Source of the DNA: a virus
Lineage: Duplodnaviria > Caudoviricetes
IMG/VR virus record: IMGVR_UViG_3300037755_000473
Location: 1,788-65,787 of that record
Length of the DNA stretch: 64,000 nucleotides
Reading direction: 5' to 3' (one strand)
The notes below the pieces were generated by a model. That model saw only the letters and a list, made by a program, of their open reading frames with translations, ran no database searches and had not been told where the DNA came from. This document shows, piece by piece, positions 62,248 to 64,000 of this stretch (position 1 is its first letter; each line of letters opens with the position of its first letter). The position numbers and the translations under genes are program-made.

Positions 62248-63123
62248 CTACTTGCTCTGCGCCGCGCTGAACGCGCGGTTCAGTTCCTCCTTCGTGGCGT
62301 ATTCCGGCGTGCCCACTTGCGTGATGGGCTCGCGTGACGCCAGGCTCGAAGAGATCAGCGCGCGTTCGAGAGCGCCGCCGCACTTCTCCAGTTGCAGTGC
62401 ATACGCCTGCTCCAAGCGGACCTTGAGGTACGCGTTGGCCAAGTCCATGCAACGGGCGAAGTCAGCAGCTCGCAGTTCCTCGTCGAGCACCGCAGCCAAG
62501 CACTCTTCGTTGTACTTGTTGCGGCCTGTGCGCTCGATCACTGCCACACGCCATCCAGCGGTCTGCCCTTTGCGGCACGTGCTGGAATCGACGGGCGCAG
62601 CCGTGGTGCTGCCCAACCCGAGCGCGAGGGCCGTCGTGTCGTTCTGGTACGACGTGCTGAGCGAATTGCCATCGTTGCTCGCGGTGCTGGCGTTGGTCAG
62701 CTCATTCGCATTGGTATTGCGCGAGTCGTTGCCGAGCGTGTTGGTGTTGCGAACGTCGCCTGTCTCGACGTTGGTGCCTTGCACTTGGTGGGCCGATGAT
62801 AACGACCCGCTGCTCGCACCGCTGTGACTACCGGATACCGCATTGCCCCCGTGCGCGTTGCCGCCGAGACCGACTGCCGTCGCGTTCGAGTGCGCATTGC
62901 CACCCTTACCGATAGCTGTCGCATCACCGCCTTCACCGATACCCACGCCCACGCCAACACCGAGACCGAGCGCGTTCGCATCGCTCGAGCTCGAGATGTC
63001 GTCGTTGTTCGACGGCGGGTTGTGCGGCGGTGTGGCAAACGCAATCGAAGGGATCAATGCGAGGGAGAGATAGATAGCTTTCATCGTCAGATACTCCTGT
63101 TGTTTAGAGGCGAGAGATTGCAT
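62248..63123 (-). CDS. Secreted Gly/Asn/Ser-rich low-complexity protein with a Cys-containing C-terminal domain (alternative start 63084)
   Basis: MKAIYLSLALIPSIAFA signal peptide; GGNA repeats; four Cys in the C-terminal third. Confidence 0.7.
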   Translation of the reverse strand: MQSLASKQQEYLTMKAIYLSLALIPSIAFATPPHNPPSNNDDISSSSDANALGLGVGVGVGIGEGGDATAIGKGGNAHSNATAVGLGGNAHGGNAVSGSHSGASSGSLSSAHQVQGTNVETGDVRNTNTLGNDSRNTNANELTNASTASNDGNSLSTSYQNDTTALALGLGSTTAAPVDSSTCRKGQTAGWRVAVIERTGRNKYNEECLAAVLDEELRAADFARCMDLANAYLKVRLEQAYALQLEKCGGALERALISSSLASREPITQVGTPEYATKEELNRAFSAAQSK

Positions 63124-63150
63124 GCTGCGGTGCCTCCTTGCCGCAGCACG

Positions 63151-63165
63151 TTACACAGTGTGTAA
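63151..63165. promoter_or_regulatory. Palindromic operator-like site
   Basis: Exact copy between genes, next to a hairpin containing the RBS. Confidence 0.75.
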
Positions 63166-63167
63166 AC

Positions 63168-63467
63168 CTAGATGACTTGTGCCTTGTCGTCGTACCAGCA
63201 ATACCCCTTGCGTGGCTGAACGACGCGCACCCTCGGGCGATAGTCATGATTCAGAATGCGAAGAATCTGTGCCATTGACACGCGCGTGAAGTAAGTCCAG
63301 TCCACGCCGAAATTCCAGCGCGGTTTGTCATTGCGCTCAGCAACGAACGGCTTCGACCGAAAGACCTTCCACTGCTCCTCGGTCATGAATGATTTAGCGA
63401 TTGCCACACGTGATTGGTACTTATTCCGAACCACCGTGATCGCTGTGTTGAATTCTTCTTCGGTCAT
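63168..63467 (-). CDS. Hypothetical protein, MTxEQ family paralog
   Basis: MTEEQWKVFRSKPFVAERN. Confidence 0.65.
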   Translation of the reverse strand: MTEEEFNTAITVVRNKYQSRVAIAKSFMTEEQWKVFRSKPFVAERNDKPRWNFGVDWTYFTRVSMAQILRILNHDYRPRVRVVQPRKGYCWYDDKAQVI

Positions 63468-63688
63468 TTCCGTGGCTCCCCCGGATACATGATTCGCCAC
63501 GCCTGCTCGATATACATGCGCTGCCAAAACCCCATGTTGCGCTTCTTGGCGTTGCGCTCATCGACAAACGGCTTCGACTTGAGCACGGCTTGCTGCTCGT
63601 CAGTCATCCAGCCGCGGAGCATTTCAGATCGGCTGCGCTGCCCCGTGTCTGCCCACTTGATTAGGAAACGGAACTCCCGCAGCGTCAT
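63464..63688 (-). CDS. Hypothetical protein, MTxEQ family paralog
   Basis: MTDEQQAVLKSKPFVDERN. Confidence 0.65.
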   Translation of the reverse strand: MTLREFRFLIKWADTGQRSRSEMLRGWMTDEQQAVLKSKPFVDERNAKKRNMGFWQRMYIEQAWRIMYPGEPRK

Positions 63689-64000
63689 CGCGGCAACCTC
63701 AGTTGTGACGCGTTGTGGATCGCACGCGCCCATGCTTCTTTCCAGGCAGCGTGCCCCTTCTTGTCGGGGCCAAGCGTTCGCTCTTGCAGCACGCCGACCG
63801 GATAGTCTTTGTGCCGTTGCGGCTTAGGCCATAGGTGGTTGAGCGTAGCTACTAGCTCCTGCACTTGCGCAGGGGGAAGCTCCACCATGAATAGATGCAG
63901 CGGGTTCTCCTCGTTGTTGCTCGTGCGCCCTGCACGCACAACGGTGTTGAACGATGGAACATAGATCAGCTCCACCAGCGCCCGCGCCTCGTCCAATGAT
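63685..64000 (-). CDS. Partial hypothetical protein (5' end outside the window)
   Basis: Open frame from the right edge, stop overlapping the next start. Confidence 0.55.
   Translation of the reverse strand, partial: SLDEARALVELIYVPSFNTVVRAGRTSNNEENPLHLFMVELPPAQVQELVATLNHLWPKPQRHKDYPVGVLQERTLGPDKKGHAAWKEAWARAIHNASQLRLPR

Noticed and set aside
152-63165. CRISPR or mini-array interpretation of the TTACACA palindromes
   Set aside because: Copies are hundreds to thousands of bases apart with genes between them, with no regular spacers and no cas genes. The Cas4-like nuclease sits in a normal replication module.
1-64000. Exact circularisation of the window
   Set aside because: Joining position 1 to 64000 does not continue the 138->1 frame into the natural frame of 63685..64000, and no terminal repeat is visible; some sequence is missing.

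Overview
The window is most or all of the genome of a GC-rich dsDNA tailed phage with podovirus-type organisation. No host housekeeping genes, rRNA, CRISPR array or integrase are recognisable. The + strand block (2104-41401) contains an accessory island, a methyltransferase/glycosyltransferase cluster, terminase, portal, scaffold, major capsid, tail tube and fibre genes, a lysis cassette, a GNAT acetyltransferase, internal virion proteins and a 2795-aa polyvalent protein. The accessory island carries a 5'-truncated foreign tail gene, a tail fibre, an M15 endolysin with holin-like genes, a Tad1-like anti-Thoeris protein and an RHH regulator. The - strand block (41334-64000, and 1-1865) contains replication genes (primase-helicase, SSB-like, SNF2 helicase, VRR-NUC, PD-(D/E)XK nuclease, truncated ThyX, family A DNA polymerase), a tRNA/ncRNA locus, a MoxR AAA+/DUF3150-like/DUF2201-VWA cassette and small early genes. 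The main observations are: (1) the native T4-type endolysin is broken by an apparent 22-nt deletion and frameshift, while a second lysis cassette that looks horizontally acquired is intact; (2) four methyltransferases, two glycosyltransferases and a P-loop kinase lie on the structural strand, six of them chained to the terminase gene; (3) a promoter-driven tRNA-mimic RNA, an atypical fMet-like tRNA and a further structured ncRNA candidate sit together; (4) a 15-bp palindrome TTACACA(C/G)TGTGTAA recurs nine times and only in the early region. All family assignments come from motif recognition by eye, not from database searches.
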